Shown piece by piece: positions 11,305 through 25,069 of a DNA stretch of 35,796 bases. Position 1 is the stretch's first letter. Every line of letters begins with the position of its first letter. This DNA is from Azolla caroliniana (taxonomy: Eukaryota; Plantae; Polypodiophyta), in contig JBHGNT010000313.1 in assembly GCA_043228905.1 (NCBI GenBank), positions 1-35,796 on the forward strand, in the 5' to 3' direction. Both the position numbers and the translations under genes were made by a program. The notes beneath the pieces are model-generated. The model was not told where the DNA came from. It worked only from the letters and a program-made list of their open reading frames with translations, and ran no database searches.

Positions 11305-14300
11305 GAAATCCGATATCACACGAGCCAGGTATGAACATTTTAATTCACCTACTAGTTCTTGTCAACTCCCTCCTCAAATTTGCTAATTTCTTCATGTCTT
11401 TCGACCTGAGTTTCAAAATCTGGATTTTTTAATTCTATATAATAGCTACATTTGTTAGCTTCGATTCGCATGTTTGAACACAAAAATCCGATATTACACG
11501 AGCCAGGTATGAACATTTGAATTTACCTACTAGTTCTTGTCAACTACCTCCTCAAATTTGCTAATTTCTTCATGTCTCTCGACCTGAGTTTCAAAATCTT
11601 GATTTTTTAATTCTATATCATAGCTAGCTTTGTTAGATTGGATTCCCATGTTTGAACACAAAAATCCGATATCACACGAGCCAGGTATGAACATTTTAAT
11701 TTAGTAACGCGCTATTCTCCACTACCTCCTCAAATTTGCTAATATATTCATGTCTCTCGACCTGAGTTTCAAAATCTTGATTTTTTAATTCTATATAATA
11801 GCTACCGTTGTTAGCTTCGATTCTCATGTTTGAACACAAAAATCCGATATCACACGAGCCAGGTATGAACATTTTAATTTACTAATGCGCTCTTCTCCAC
11901 GACGTCCTCAAATTTGCTAATTTCTTTATATCATTCGCCCTGAGCTTCAAAATCTTGATTTTTTAATTCCATATCAGAGCTAGCGTTGTTAGCTTCGATT
12001 CGCATGTTTGAACACAGAAATCCGATATCACACGAGCCAGGTATGAACATTTTAATTTAGTAACGCGCTATTCTCCACTACCTCCTCAAATTTGCTAATA
12101 TCTTCATGTCTCTCGACCTGAGTTTCAAAATCTTGATTCTTTAATTCTATATAATAGCTACCTTTGTTAGCTTCGATTCGCCTATTTGAACACAGAAATC
12201 CGATATCACACGAGCCAGGTATGAACATTTTAATTCACCTACTAGTTCTTGTCAACTCCCTCCTCAAATTTGCTAATTTCTTCATGTCTTTCGACCTGAG
12301 TTTCAAAATCTGGATTTTTTAATTCTATATAATAGCTACATTTGTTAGCTTCGATTCGCATGTTTGAACACAAAAATCCGATATTACACGAGCCAGGTAT
12401 GAACATTTGAATTTACCTACTAGTTCTTGTCAACTACCTCCTCAAATTTGCTAATTTCTTCATGTATCTCGACCTAAGTTTCAAAATCTTGATTTTTTAG
12501 TTCTATATCATAGCTAGCTTTGTTAGATTGGATTCCCATGTTTGAACACAAAAATCCGATATCACACGAGCCAGGTATGAACATTGTAATTTAGTAACGC
12601 GCTATTCTCCACTACCTCCTCAAATTTGCTAATATCTTCATGTCTCTCGACCTGAGTTTCAAAATCTTGATTTTTTAATTCTATATAATAGCTACCTTTG
12701 TTTGCTTCGATTCGCATGTTTGAACACAAAAATCCGATATCACACGAGCCAGGTATGAACATTTTAATTTACCTACTAGTTCTTGTCAACACCCTCCTCA
12801 AATTTGCTAATTTCTTCATGTCTCTCGACCTGAGTTTCAAAATCTCCATTTCTTAATTCCATAGGATAGCTAGCTTTCTTAGCTTCGATTCGCATGTTTG
12901 AACACAAAAATCCGATATCACACGAGCCAGGTATGAACATTTTAATATACTAATGCGCTATTCTCCACTACCTCCTCAAATTTGCTAATATCTTCATGTC
13001 TCTCGACCTGAGTTTCAAAATCTTGATTCTTTAAATCTATATAATAGCTACCTTTGTTAGCTTCGATTCGCCTATTTGAACACAGAAATCCGATATCACA
13101 CGAGCCAGGTATGAACATTTTAATTCACCTACTAGTTCTTGTCAACTCCCTCCTCAAATTTGCTAATTTCTTCATGTCTTTCGACCTGAGTTTCAAAATC
13201 TGGATTTTTTAATTCTATATAATAGCTACCTTTGTTAACTTTGATTCGCATGTTTGAACACAAAAATCCGATATTACACGAGCCAGGTATGAACATTTGA
13301 ATTTACTAATGCGCTGTTCTCCACGACGTCCTCAAATTTGCTAATTTCTTTATGTCTTTCGCCCTGAGTTTCAAAATCTTGATTCTTTAAATCTATATAA
13401 TAGCTACCTTTGTTAGCTTCGATTCGCCTATTTGAACACAGAAATCCGATATCACACGAGCCAGGTATGAACATTTTAATTCACCTACTAGTTCTTGTCA
13501 ACTCCCTCCTCAAATTTGCTAATTTCTTCATGTCTTCCGACCTGAGTTTCAAAATCTGGATTTTTTAATTCTATATAATAGCTACATTTGTTAGCTTCGA
13601 TTCGCATGTTTGAACAAAAAAATCCGATATTACACGAGCCAGGTATGAACATTTGAATTTACCTACTAGTTCTTGTCAACTACCTCGTCAAATTTGCTAA
13701 TTTCTTCATGTATCTCGACCTGAGTTTCAAAATCTTGATTTTTTAGTTCTATATCATAGCTAGCTTTGTTAGATTGGATTCCCATGTTTGAACACAAAAA
13801 TCCGATATCACACGAGCCAGGTATGAACATTGTAATTTAGTAACGCGCTATTCTCCACTACCTCCTCAAATTTGCTAATATCTTCATGTCTCTCGACCTG
13901 AGTTTCAAAATCTTGATTCTTTAATTCTATATAATAGCTACCTTTGTTAGCTTCGATTCGCCTATTTGAACAAAGAAATCCGATATCACACGAGCCAGGT
14001 ATGAACATTTTAATTCACCTACTAGTTCTTGTCAACTCCCTCCTCAAATTTGCTAATTTCTTCATGTCTTTCGACCTGAGTTTCAAAATCTGGATTTTTT
14101 AATTCTATATAATAGCTACATTTGTTAGCTTCGATTCGCATGTTTGAACACAAAAATCCGATATTACACGAGCCAGGTATGAACATTTGAATTTACCTAC
14201 TAGTTCTTGTCAACTACCTCCTCAAATTTGCTAATTTCTTCATGTCTCTCGACCTGAGTTTCAAAATCTTGATTTTTTAATTCTATATCATAGCTAGCTT

Positions 14301-17300
14301 TGTTAGATTGGATTCCCATGTTTGAACACAAAAATCCGATATTACACGAGCCAGGTATGAACATTTTAATTTAGTAACGCGCTATTCTCCACTACCTCCT
14401 CAAATTTGCTAATATCTTCATGTCTCTCGACCTGAGTTTCAAAATCTTGATTCTTTAATTCTATATAATAGCTACCTTTGTTAGCTTCGATTCGCCTATT
14501 TGAACACAGAAATCCGATATCACACGAGCCAGGTATGAACATTTTAATTCACCTACTAGTTCTTGTCAACTCCCTCCTCAAATTTGCTAATTTCTTCATG
14601 TCTTTCGACCTGAGTTTCAAAATCTGGATTTTTTAATTCTATATAATAGCTACATTTGTTAGCTTCGATTCGCATGTTTGAACACAAAAATCCGATATTA
14701 CACGAGCCAGGTATGAACATTTGAATTTACCTACTAGTTCTTGTCAACTACCTCCTCAAATTTGCTAATTTCTTCATGTCTCTCGACCTGAGTTTCAAAA
14801 TCTTGATTTTTTAATTCTATATCATAGCTAGCTTTGTTAGATTGGATTCCCATGTTTGAACACAAAAATCCGATATCACACGAGCCAGGTATGAACATTT
14901 TAATTTAGTAACGCGCTATTCTCCACTACCTCCTCAAATTTGCTAATATCTTCATGTCTCTCGACCTGAGTTTCAAAATCTTGATTTTTTAATTCTATAT
15001 AATAGCTACCGTTGTTAGCTTCGATTCTCATGTTTGAACACAAAAATCCGATATCACACGAGCCAGGTATGAACATTTTAATTTACTAATGCGCTCTTCT
15101 CCACGACGTCCTCAAATTTGCTAATTTCTTTATATCATTCGCCCTGAGCTTCAAAATCTTGATTTTTTAATTCCATATCAGAGCTAGCGTTGTTAGCTTC
15201 GATTCGCATGTTTGAACACAGAAATCCGATATCACACGAGCCAGGTATGAACATTTTAATTTAGTAACGCGCTATTCTCCACTACCTCCTCAAATTTGCT
15301 AATATCTTCATGTCTCTCGACCTGAGTTTCAAAATCTTGATTCTTTAATTCTATATAATAGCTACCTTTGTTAGCTTCGATTCGCCTATTTGAACACAGA
15401 AATCCGATATCACACGAGGCAGGTATGAACATTTTAATTCACCTACTAGTTCTTGTCAACTCCCTCCTCAAATTTGCTAATTTCTTCATGTCTTTCGACC
15501 TGAGTTTCAAAATCTGGATTTTTTAATTCTATATAATAGCTACATTTGTTAGCTTCGATTCGCATGTTTGAACACAAAAATCCGATATTACACGAGCCAG
15601 GTATGAACATTTGAATTTACCTACTAGTTCTTGTCAACTACCTCCTCAAATTTGCTAATTTCTTCATGTATCTCGACCTAAGTTTCAAAATCTTGATTTT
15701 TTAGTTCTATATCATAGCTAGCTTTGTTAGATTGGATTCCCATGTTTGAACACAAAAATCCGATATCACACGAGCCAGGTATGAACATTGTAATTTAGTA
15801 ACGCGCTATTCTCCACTACCTCCTCAAATTTGCTAATATCTTCATGTCTCTCGACCTGAGTTTCAAAATCTTGATTTTTTAATTCTATATAATAGCTACC
15901 TTTGTTTGCTTCGATTCGCATGTTTGAACACAAAAATCCGATATCACACGAGCCAGGTATGAACATTTTAATTTACCTACTAGTTCTTGTCAACACCCTC
16001 CTCAAATTTGCTAATTTCTTCATGTCTCTCGACCTGAGTTTCAAAATCTCCATTTCTTAATTCCATAGGATAGCTAGCTTTCTTAGCTTCGATTCGCATG
16101 TTTGAACACAAAAATCCGATATCACACGAGCCAGGTATGAACATTTTAATATACTAATGCGCTATTCTCCACTACCTCCTCAAATTTGCTAATATCTTCA
16201 TGTCTCTCGACCTGAGTTTCAAAATCTTGATTCTTTAAATCTATATAATAGCTACCTTTGTTAGCTTCGATTCGCCTATTTGAACACAGAAATCCGATAT
16301 CACACGAGCCAGGTATGAACATTTTAATTCACCTACTAGTTCTTGTCAACTCCCTCCTCAAATTTGCTAATTTCTTCATGTCTTTCGACCTGAGTTTCAA
16401 AATCTGGATTTTTTAATTCTATATAATAGCTACCTTTGTTAACTTTGATTCGCATGTTTGAACACAAAAATCCGATATTACACGAGCCAGGTATGAACAT
16501 TTGAATTTACTAATGCGCTGTTCTCCACGACGTCCTCAAATTTGCTAATTTCTTTATGTCTTTCGCCCTGAGTTTCAAAATCTTGATTCTTTAAATCTAT
16601 ATAATAGCTACCTTTGTTAGCTTCGATTCGCCTATTTGAACACAGAAATCCGATATCACACGAGCCAGGTATGAACATTTTAATTCACCTACTAGTTCTT
16701 GTCAACTCCCTCCTCAAATTTGCTAATTTCTTCATGTCTTCCGACCTGAGTTTCAAAATCTGGATTTTTTAATTCTATATAATAGCTACATTTGTTAGCT
16801 TCGATTCGCATGTTTGAACAAAAAAATCCGATATTACACGAGCCAGGTATGAACATTTGAATTTACCTACTAGTTCTTGTCAACTACCTCGTCAAATTTG
16901 CTAATTTCTTCATGTATCTCGACCTGAGTTTCAAAATCTTGATTTTTTAGTTCTATATCATAGCTAGCTTTGTTAGATTGGATTCCCATGTTTGAACACA
17001 AAAATCCGATATCACACGAGCCAGGTATGAACATTGTAATTTAGTAACGCGCTATTCTCCACTACCTCCTCAAATTTGCTAATATCTTCATGTCTCTCGA
17101 CCTGAGTTTCAAAATCTTGATTCTTTAATTCTATATAATAGCTACCTTTGTTAGCTTCGATTCGCCTATTTGAACAAAGAAATCCGATATCACACGAGCC
17201 AGGTATGAACATTTTAATTCACCTACTAGTTCTTGTCAACTCCCTCCTCAAATTTGCTAATTTCTTCATGTCTTTCGACCTGAGTTTCAAAATCTGGATT

Positions 17301-17546
17301 TTTTAATTCTATATAATAGCTACATTTGTTAGCTTCGATTCGCATGTTTGAACACAAAAATCCGATATTACACGAGCCAGGTATGAACATTTGAATTTAC
17401 CTACTAGTTCTTGTCAACTACCTCCTCAAATTTGCTAATTTCTTCATGTCTCTCGACCTGAGTTTCAAAATCTTGATTTTTTAATTCTATATCATAGCTA
17501 GCTTTGTTAGATTGGATTCCCATGTTTGAACACAAAAATCCGATAT
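11305..17546 (+). repeat. 18-mer period duplication (3204 bp): ~11305-14342 vs ~14509-17546
   Basis: ORF pairs 12562/15766, 13274/16478 and 13808/17012 differ by 3204 = 18x178; shared rare variants CCTAAGTT, TCTTCCGACC, GAACAAAAAAATC, CTCGTCAAAT. Confidence 0.9.
13380..14940 (+). repeat. 3-mer HOR (534 bp), three tandem copies
   Basis: CGCCTATTT at 13425, 13959 and 14493, each followed by an AATTCACC/TCTGGA monomer and a TTGAATT/AGATTGGATTCCC monomer. Confidence 0.85.
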
Positions 17547-20500
17547 CACACGAGCCAGGTATGAACATTTTAATTTAGTAACGCGCTATTCTCCACTACC
17601 TCCTCAAATTTGCTAATATATTCATGTCTCTCGACCTGAGTTTCAAAATCTTGATTTTTTAATTCTATATAATATCTACCGTTGTTAGCTTCGATTCTCA
17701 TGTTTGAACACAAAAATCCGATATCACACGAGCCAGGTATGAACATTTTAATATACTAACGCGCTCTTCTCCACTACCTCCACAAATTTGCTAATTTCGT
17801 CATGTCTCTCGACCTGAGTTTCCAAATCTCAATTTATTAATTGCCAAGCAGAGCTAGCTTTGTTAGCTTCGATTCGCATGTTTGAACACAAAACTCCGAT
17901 ACCACACGCGCTAGGTATGAACATTTTAATTTACCTACTTGCTCTTGTCAACTCCCGCCTCAAATTTGCTAATTTCTTCATATCTCTCGACCTGAGTTTC
18001 AAAATCTCCATTTTTTAATTCCATATCATAGCTAGCTTTGTTAGCTTCGATTCGCATGTTTGAACACAAAAATCCGATATCACACGAGCCAGGTATGAAC
18101 ATTTTAATTTAGTAATGCGCTATTCTCCACTACCTCCTCAAATTTGCTAATATCTTCATGTCTCTCGACCTGAGTTTCAAAATCTTGATTCTTTAATTGT
18201 ATATAATAGCTACCTTTGTTAGCTTCGATTCGCCTATTTGAACAAAGAAATCCGATATCACACGAGCCAGGTATGAACATTTTAATTCACCTACTAGTTC
18301 TTGTCAACTCCCTCCTCAAATTTGCTAATTTCTTCATGTCTTTCGACCTGAGTTTCAAAATCTGGATTTTTTAAATCTATATAATAGCTACATTTGTTAG
18401 CTTCGATTCGCATGTTTGAACACAAAAATCCGATATTACACGAGCCAGGTATGAACATTTGAATTTACCTACTAGTTCTTGTCAACTACCTCCTCAAATT
18501 TGCTAATTTCTTCATGTCTCTTGACCTGAGTTTCAAAATCTTGATTTTTTAATTCTATATCATAGCTAGCTTTGTTAGATTGGATTCCCATGTTTGAACA
18601 CAAAAATCCGATATCACACGAGCCAGGTATGAACATTTTAATTTAGTAACGCGCTATTCTCCACTACCTCCTCAAATTTGCTAATATATTCATGTCTCTC
18701 GACCTGAGTTTCAAAATCTTGATTTTTTAATTCTATATAATATCTACCGTTGTTAGCTTCGATTCTCATGTTTGAACACAAAAATCCGATATCACACGAG
18801 CCAGGTATGAACATTTTAATATACTAACGCGCTCTTCTCCACTACCTCCACAAATTTGCTAATTTCGTCATGTCTCTCGACCTGAGTTTCCAAATCTCAA
18901 TTTATTAATTGCCAAGCAGAGCTAGCTTTGTTAGCTTCGATTCGCATGTTTGAACACAAAAATCCGATACCACACGCGCTAGGTATGAACATTTTAATTT
19001 ACCTACTTGCTCTTGTCAACTCCCGCCTCAAATTTGCTAATTTCTTCATGTCTCTCGACCTGAGTTTCAAAATCTCCATTTTTTAATTCCATATCATAGC
19101 TAGCTTTGTTAGCTTCGATTCGCATGTTTGAACACAAAAATCCGATATCACACGAGCCAGGTATGAACATTTTAATTTACTAATGCGCTATTCTCCACTA
19201 CCTCCTCAAATTTGCTAATATCTTCATTTCTCTCGACCTGAGTTTCAAAATCTGGATTTTTTAATTCTATATAATAGCTAGCTTTGTTAGCTTCGATTCG
19301 CATGTTTGAACACAGAAATCCGATATCATACGAGCCAGGTATGAACATTTTAATTTACTAATGCGCTCTTCTCCACGACGTCCTCAAATTTGCTAATTTC
19401 TTTATATCATTCGCCCTGAGCTTCAAAATCTTGATTTTTTAATTCCATATCAGAGCTAGCGTTGTTAGCTTCGATTCGCATGTTTGAACACAGAAATCCG
19501 ATATCACACGAGCCAGGTATGAACATTTTATTTTAGTAACGCGCTATTCTCCACTACCTCCTCAAATTTGCTAATATCTTCATGTCTCTCGACCTGAGTT
19601 TCAAAATCTTGATTCTTTAATTCTATATAATAGCTACCTTTGTTAGCTTCGATTCGCCTATTTGAACACAGAAATCCGATATCACACGAGCCAGGTATGA
19701 ACATTTTAATTCACCTACTAGTTCTTGTCAACTCCCTCCTCAAATTTGCTAATTTCTTCATGTCTTTCGACCTTAGTTTCAAAATCTGGATTTTTTAATT
19801 CTATATAATAGCTACATTTGTTAGCTTCGATTCGCATGTTTGAACACAGAAATCCGATATTACACGAGCCAGGTATGAACATTTTAATTCACCTACTAGT
19901 TCTTGTCAACTCCCTCCTCAAATTTGCTAATTTCTTCATGTCTCTCGACCTGAGTTTCAAAATCTTGATTTTTTAATTCTATATAATAGCTACCGTTGTT
20001 AGCTTCGATTCTCATGTTTGAACACAAAAATCCGATATCACACGAGCCAGGTATGAACATTTTAATATACTAACGCGCTCTTCTCCACTACCTCCACAAA
20101 TTTGCTAATTTCGTCATGTCTCTCGACCTGAGTTTCCAAATCTCAATTTATTAATTGCCAAGCAGAGCTAGCTTTGTTAGCTTCGATTCGCATGTTTGAA
20201 CACAAAAATCCGATACCACACGCGCTAGGTATGAACATTTTAATTTACCTACTTGCTCTTGTCAACTCCCGCCTCAAATTTGCTAATTTCTTCATGTCTC
20301 TCGACCTGAGTTTCAAAATCTCCATTTTTTAATTCCATATCATAGCTAGCTTTGTTAGCTTCGATTCGTATGTTTGAACACAAAAATCCGATATCACACG
20401 AGCCAGGTATGAACATTTTAATTTAGTAACGCGCTATTCTCCACTACCTTCTCAAATTTGCTAATATCTTCATGTCTCTCGACCTGAGTTTCAAAATCTT

Positions 20501-23500
20501 GATTTTTTAATTCTATATAATAGCTACCTTTGTTTGCTTCGATTCGCAGGTATGAACATTTGAATTTACCTACTAGTTCTTGTCAACTACCTCCTCAAAT
20601 TTGCTAATTTCTTCATGTCTCTCGACCTGAGTTTCAAAATCTTGATTTTTTAATTCTATATCATAGCTAGCTTTGTTAGATTGGATTCCCATGTTTGAAC
20701 ACAAAAATCCGATATCACACGAGCCAGGTATGAACATTGTAATTTAGTAACGCGCTATTCTCCACTACCTCCTCAAATTTGCTAATATCTTCATGTCTCT
20801 CGACCTGAGTTTCAAAATCTTGATTCTTTAATTCTATATAATAGCTAGCTTTGTTAGCTTCGATTCGCATGTTTGAACACAGAAATCCGATATCATACGA
20901 GCCAGGTATGAACATTTTAATTTACTAATGCGCTCTTCTCCACGACGTCCTCAAATTTGCTAATTTGTTCATGTCTCTCGACCTGAGTTTCAAAATCTTG
21001 ATTTTTTAATTCTATATAATAGCTACCTTTGTTTGCTTCGATTCGCATGTTTGAACACAAAAATCCGATATCACACGAGCCAGGTATGAACATTTTAATT
21101 TACCTACTAGTTCTTGTCAACACCCTCCTCAAATTTGCTAATTTCTTCATGTCTCTCGACCTGAGTTTCAAAATCTCCATTTTTTAATTCCATATGATAG
21201 CTAGCTTTCTTAGCTTCGATTCGCATGTTTGAACACAAAAATCCGATATCACACGAGCCAGGTATGAACATTTTAATTTACTAATGCGCTATTCTCCACT
21301 ACCTCCTCAAATTTGCTAATTTCTTCATTTCTCTCGACCTGAGTTTCAAAATCTGGATTTTTTAACTCTATATAATAGCTAGCTTTGTTAGCTTCGATTC
21401 GCATATTTGAACACAGAAATCCGATATCATACGAGCCAGGTATGAACATTTTAATTTACTAATGCGCTCTTCTCCACGACGTCCTCAAATTTGCTAATTT
21501 CTTTATGTCATTCGCCCTGAGCTTCAAAATCTTGATTTTTTAATTCCATATCAGAGCTAGCGTTGTTAGCTTCGATTCGCATGTTTGAACACAGAAATCC
21601 GATATCACACGAGCCAGGTATCAACATTTTAATTTAGTAACGCGCTATTCTCCACTACCTCCTCAAATTTGCTAATATCTTCATGTCTCTCGACCTGAGT
21701 TTCAAAATCTTGATTCTTTAAATCTATATAATAGCTACCTTTGTTAGCTTCGATTCGCCTATTTGAACACAGAAATCCGATATCACACGAGCCAGGTATG
21801 AACATTTTAATTCACCTACTAGTTCTTGTCAACTCCCTCCTCAAATTTGCTAATTTCTTCATGTCTTTCGACCTGAGTTTCAAAATCTGGATTTTTTAAT
21901 TCTATATAATAGCTACATTTGTTAGCTTCGATTCGCATGTTTGAACACAAAAATCCGATATTACACGAGCCAGGTATGAACATTTGAATTTACCTACTAG
22001 TTCTTGTCAACTACCTCCTCAAATTTGCTAATTTCTTCATGTATCTCGACCTGAGTTTCAAAATCTTGATTTTTTAGTTCTATATCATAGCTAGCTGTGT
22101 TAGATTGGATTCCCATGTTTGAACACAAAAATCCGATATCACACGAGCCAGGTATGAACATTGTAATTTAGTAACGCGCTATTCTCCACTACCTCCTCAA
22201 ATTTGCTAATATCTTCATGTCTCTCGACCTGAGTTTCAAAATCTTGATTTTTTAATTCTATATAATAGCTACCTTTGTTTGCTTCGATTCGCATGTTTGA
22301 ACACAAAAATCCGATATCACACGAGCCAGGTATGAACATTTTAATTTACCTACTAGTTCTTGTCAACACCCTCCTCAAATTTGCTAATTTGAATTTACTA
22401 ATGCGCTATTCTCCACTACCTCCTCAAATTTGCTAATATCTTCATGTCTCTCGACCTGAGTTTCAAAATCTTGATTCTTTAAATCTATATAATAGCTACC
22501 TTTGTTAGCTTCGATTCGCCTATTTGAACACAGAAATCCGATATCACACGAGCCAGGTATGAACATTTTAATTCACCTACTAGTTCTTGTCAACTCCCTC
22601 CTCAAATTTGCTAATTTCTTCATGTCTTTCGACCTGAGTTTCAAAATCTGGATTTTTTAATTCTATATAATAGCTACCTTTGTTAACTTCGATTCGCATG
22701 TTTGAACACAAAAATCCGATATTACACGAGCCAGGTATGAACATTTGAATTTACTAATGCGCTGTTCTCCACGACGTCCTCAAATTTGCTAATTTCTTTA
22801 TGTCTTTCGCCCTGAGTTTCAAACTCTTGATTTTTTAATTCCATATTAGAGCTAGCGTTGTTAGCTTCGATTCGCATGTTTGAACACAAAAATCCGATAT
22901 TACACGAGCTAGGTATGAACATTTTAATTCACCTACTAGTTCTTGTCAACTCCCTCCTCAAATTTGCTAATTTCTTCATGTCTCTCGACCTGAGTTTCAA
23001 AATCTTGATGTTTTAATTCTATATCATAGCTAGATTTGTTAGATTGGATTCCCATGTTTGAACACAAAAATCCGATATCACACGAGCCAGGTATGAACAT
23101 TTTAATTTACCTACTAGTTCTTGTCAACTCCCTCCTCAAATTTGCTAATTTCTGAATGTCTGTCGACCTGAGTTTCAAAATCTTGATTTTTTAATTCTAT
23201 ATCATAGCTAGCTTTGTTAGATTGGATTCCCATGTTTGAACACAAAAATCCGATATCACACGAGCCAGGTATGAACATTTTAATTTACCTACTAGTTCTT
23301 GTCAACTCCCTCCTCAAATTTGCTAATTTCTGAATGTCTGTCGACCTGAGTTTCAAAATCTTGATTTTTTAATTCTATATTATAGCTAATGTTATTAGCT
23401 TCGATTCGCATGTTTGAACACAAAAATCAGATATCAGACGAGCTAGGTATGAACATTTTAATTTACCTACTAGCTCTTCTCCACTGCCTCCTCAAATTTG

Positions 23501-25069
23501 CTAATTTCGTCATGTCTCTCGACCTGAGTTTCAAAATCTTGATTTTTTAATTCCATATCATAGCAGTCGTTGTTAGCTTCGATTCGCATGTTTGAACACA
23601 AAAATCAGATATCATACGAGCCAAGTATGAACATTTTAATTTACCTCCTAGCTCTTGTCAACTCCCTCCTCAAATTTGCTAATTTCTTCATGTCTCTCGA
23701 CCTGAGTTTCAAAATCTTAATTTGTTTATCCCAGATGAAAAGTGTCGTTGTAAGCTTCGATTCGCATTTTTGAACACAAAAATCCGATATCACACGAGCC
23801 AGGTATGAACATTTTAATTTAGTAACGCGCTATTCTCCACTACCTCCTCAAATTTGCTAATTTCTTCATTTCTCTCGACCTGAGTTTTCAAAATCTTGAT
23901 TTTCTAATTCTATATAATAGCTACCTTTGTTAGCTTCGATTCGCATGTTTGAACACAGAAATCCGATATTACACGAGCCAGCTATTAACATTTTAATTTA
24001 TTAATACGCTCTTCTCCTCGACGTCCTCAAATTTGCTAATTTCTTTATGTCTTTCGCCCTGAGCTTCAAAATCTTGATTTTTTTAATCCATATCAGAGCT
24101 AGCGTTGTTAGCTTCGATTCGCATGTTTGAACACAGAAATCCGATCTCACCCGAGCCAGGTATGAACATTTTAATTTACTAACGCGCTATTCTCCACTAC
24201 CTCCTCAAATTTGCTAATTTCTTCATGTCTCTCGACCTGAGTTTCAAAATCTTGATTTTTTAATTCCATATTAGAGCTAGCGTTGTTAGCTTCGATTCGC
24301 ATGTTTGAACACAGAAATCCGATATCACACGAGTCAGGTATGAACATTGTAATTTACCTACTTGCTCTTCTCAACTCCCGCCTCAAATTTGCTAATTTTT
24401 TCATGTCTCTCGACCTGAGTTTCAAAATCTTGATTTTTTAATCCCATATTAGAGCTAGCGTTGTTAGCTTCGATTCGCCTGTTTGAACATAGAAATCCGA
24501 TATGACACGAGCCAGGTATGAACATTTTAATTTACCTACTAGTTCTTGTCAACTGCCTCCTCAAATTTGCTAATTTCTTAATGTCTGTCGACCTGAGTTT
24601 CAAAATCTCCATTTTTTAATTCCATATTAGAGCTAGCGTTGTTAGCTTCGATTCGCATGTTTGAACACAGAAATCCGATATCACACGAGTCAGGTATGAA
24701 CATTGTAATTTACCTACTTGCTCTTCTCAACTCCCGCCTCAAATTTGCTAATTTTTTCATGTCTCTCGACCTGAGTTTCAAAATCTTGATTTTTTAATCC
24801 CATATTAGAGCTAGCGTTGTTAGCTTCGATTCGCCTGTTTGAACATAGAAATCCGATATCACACGAGCCAGGTATGAACATTTTAATTTACCTACTAGTT
24901 CTTGTCAACTGCCTCCTCAAATTTGCTAATTTCTTAATGTCTGTCGACCTGAGTTTCAAAATCTTGATTTTTTAATTCTATATTATAGCTAGCTTTGTTA
25001 GCTTTGATTCGCATGTTTGAACACAAAAATCCGATATCACACGAGCCAGGTATGAACATTTTAATTTAC
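15680..25069 (+). repeat. Large duplicated block, copy 2
   Basis: Begins AAGTTTCAAAATCTTGATTTTTTAGTTC as at position 1, with the same order of rare variants. One difference noticed: T8225 vs C23904. Confidence 0.95.
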
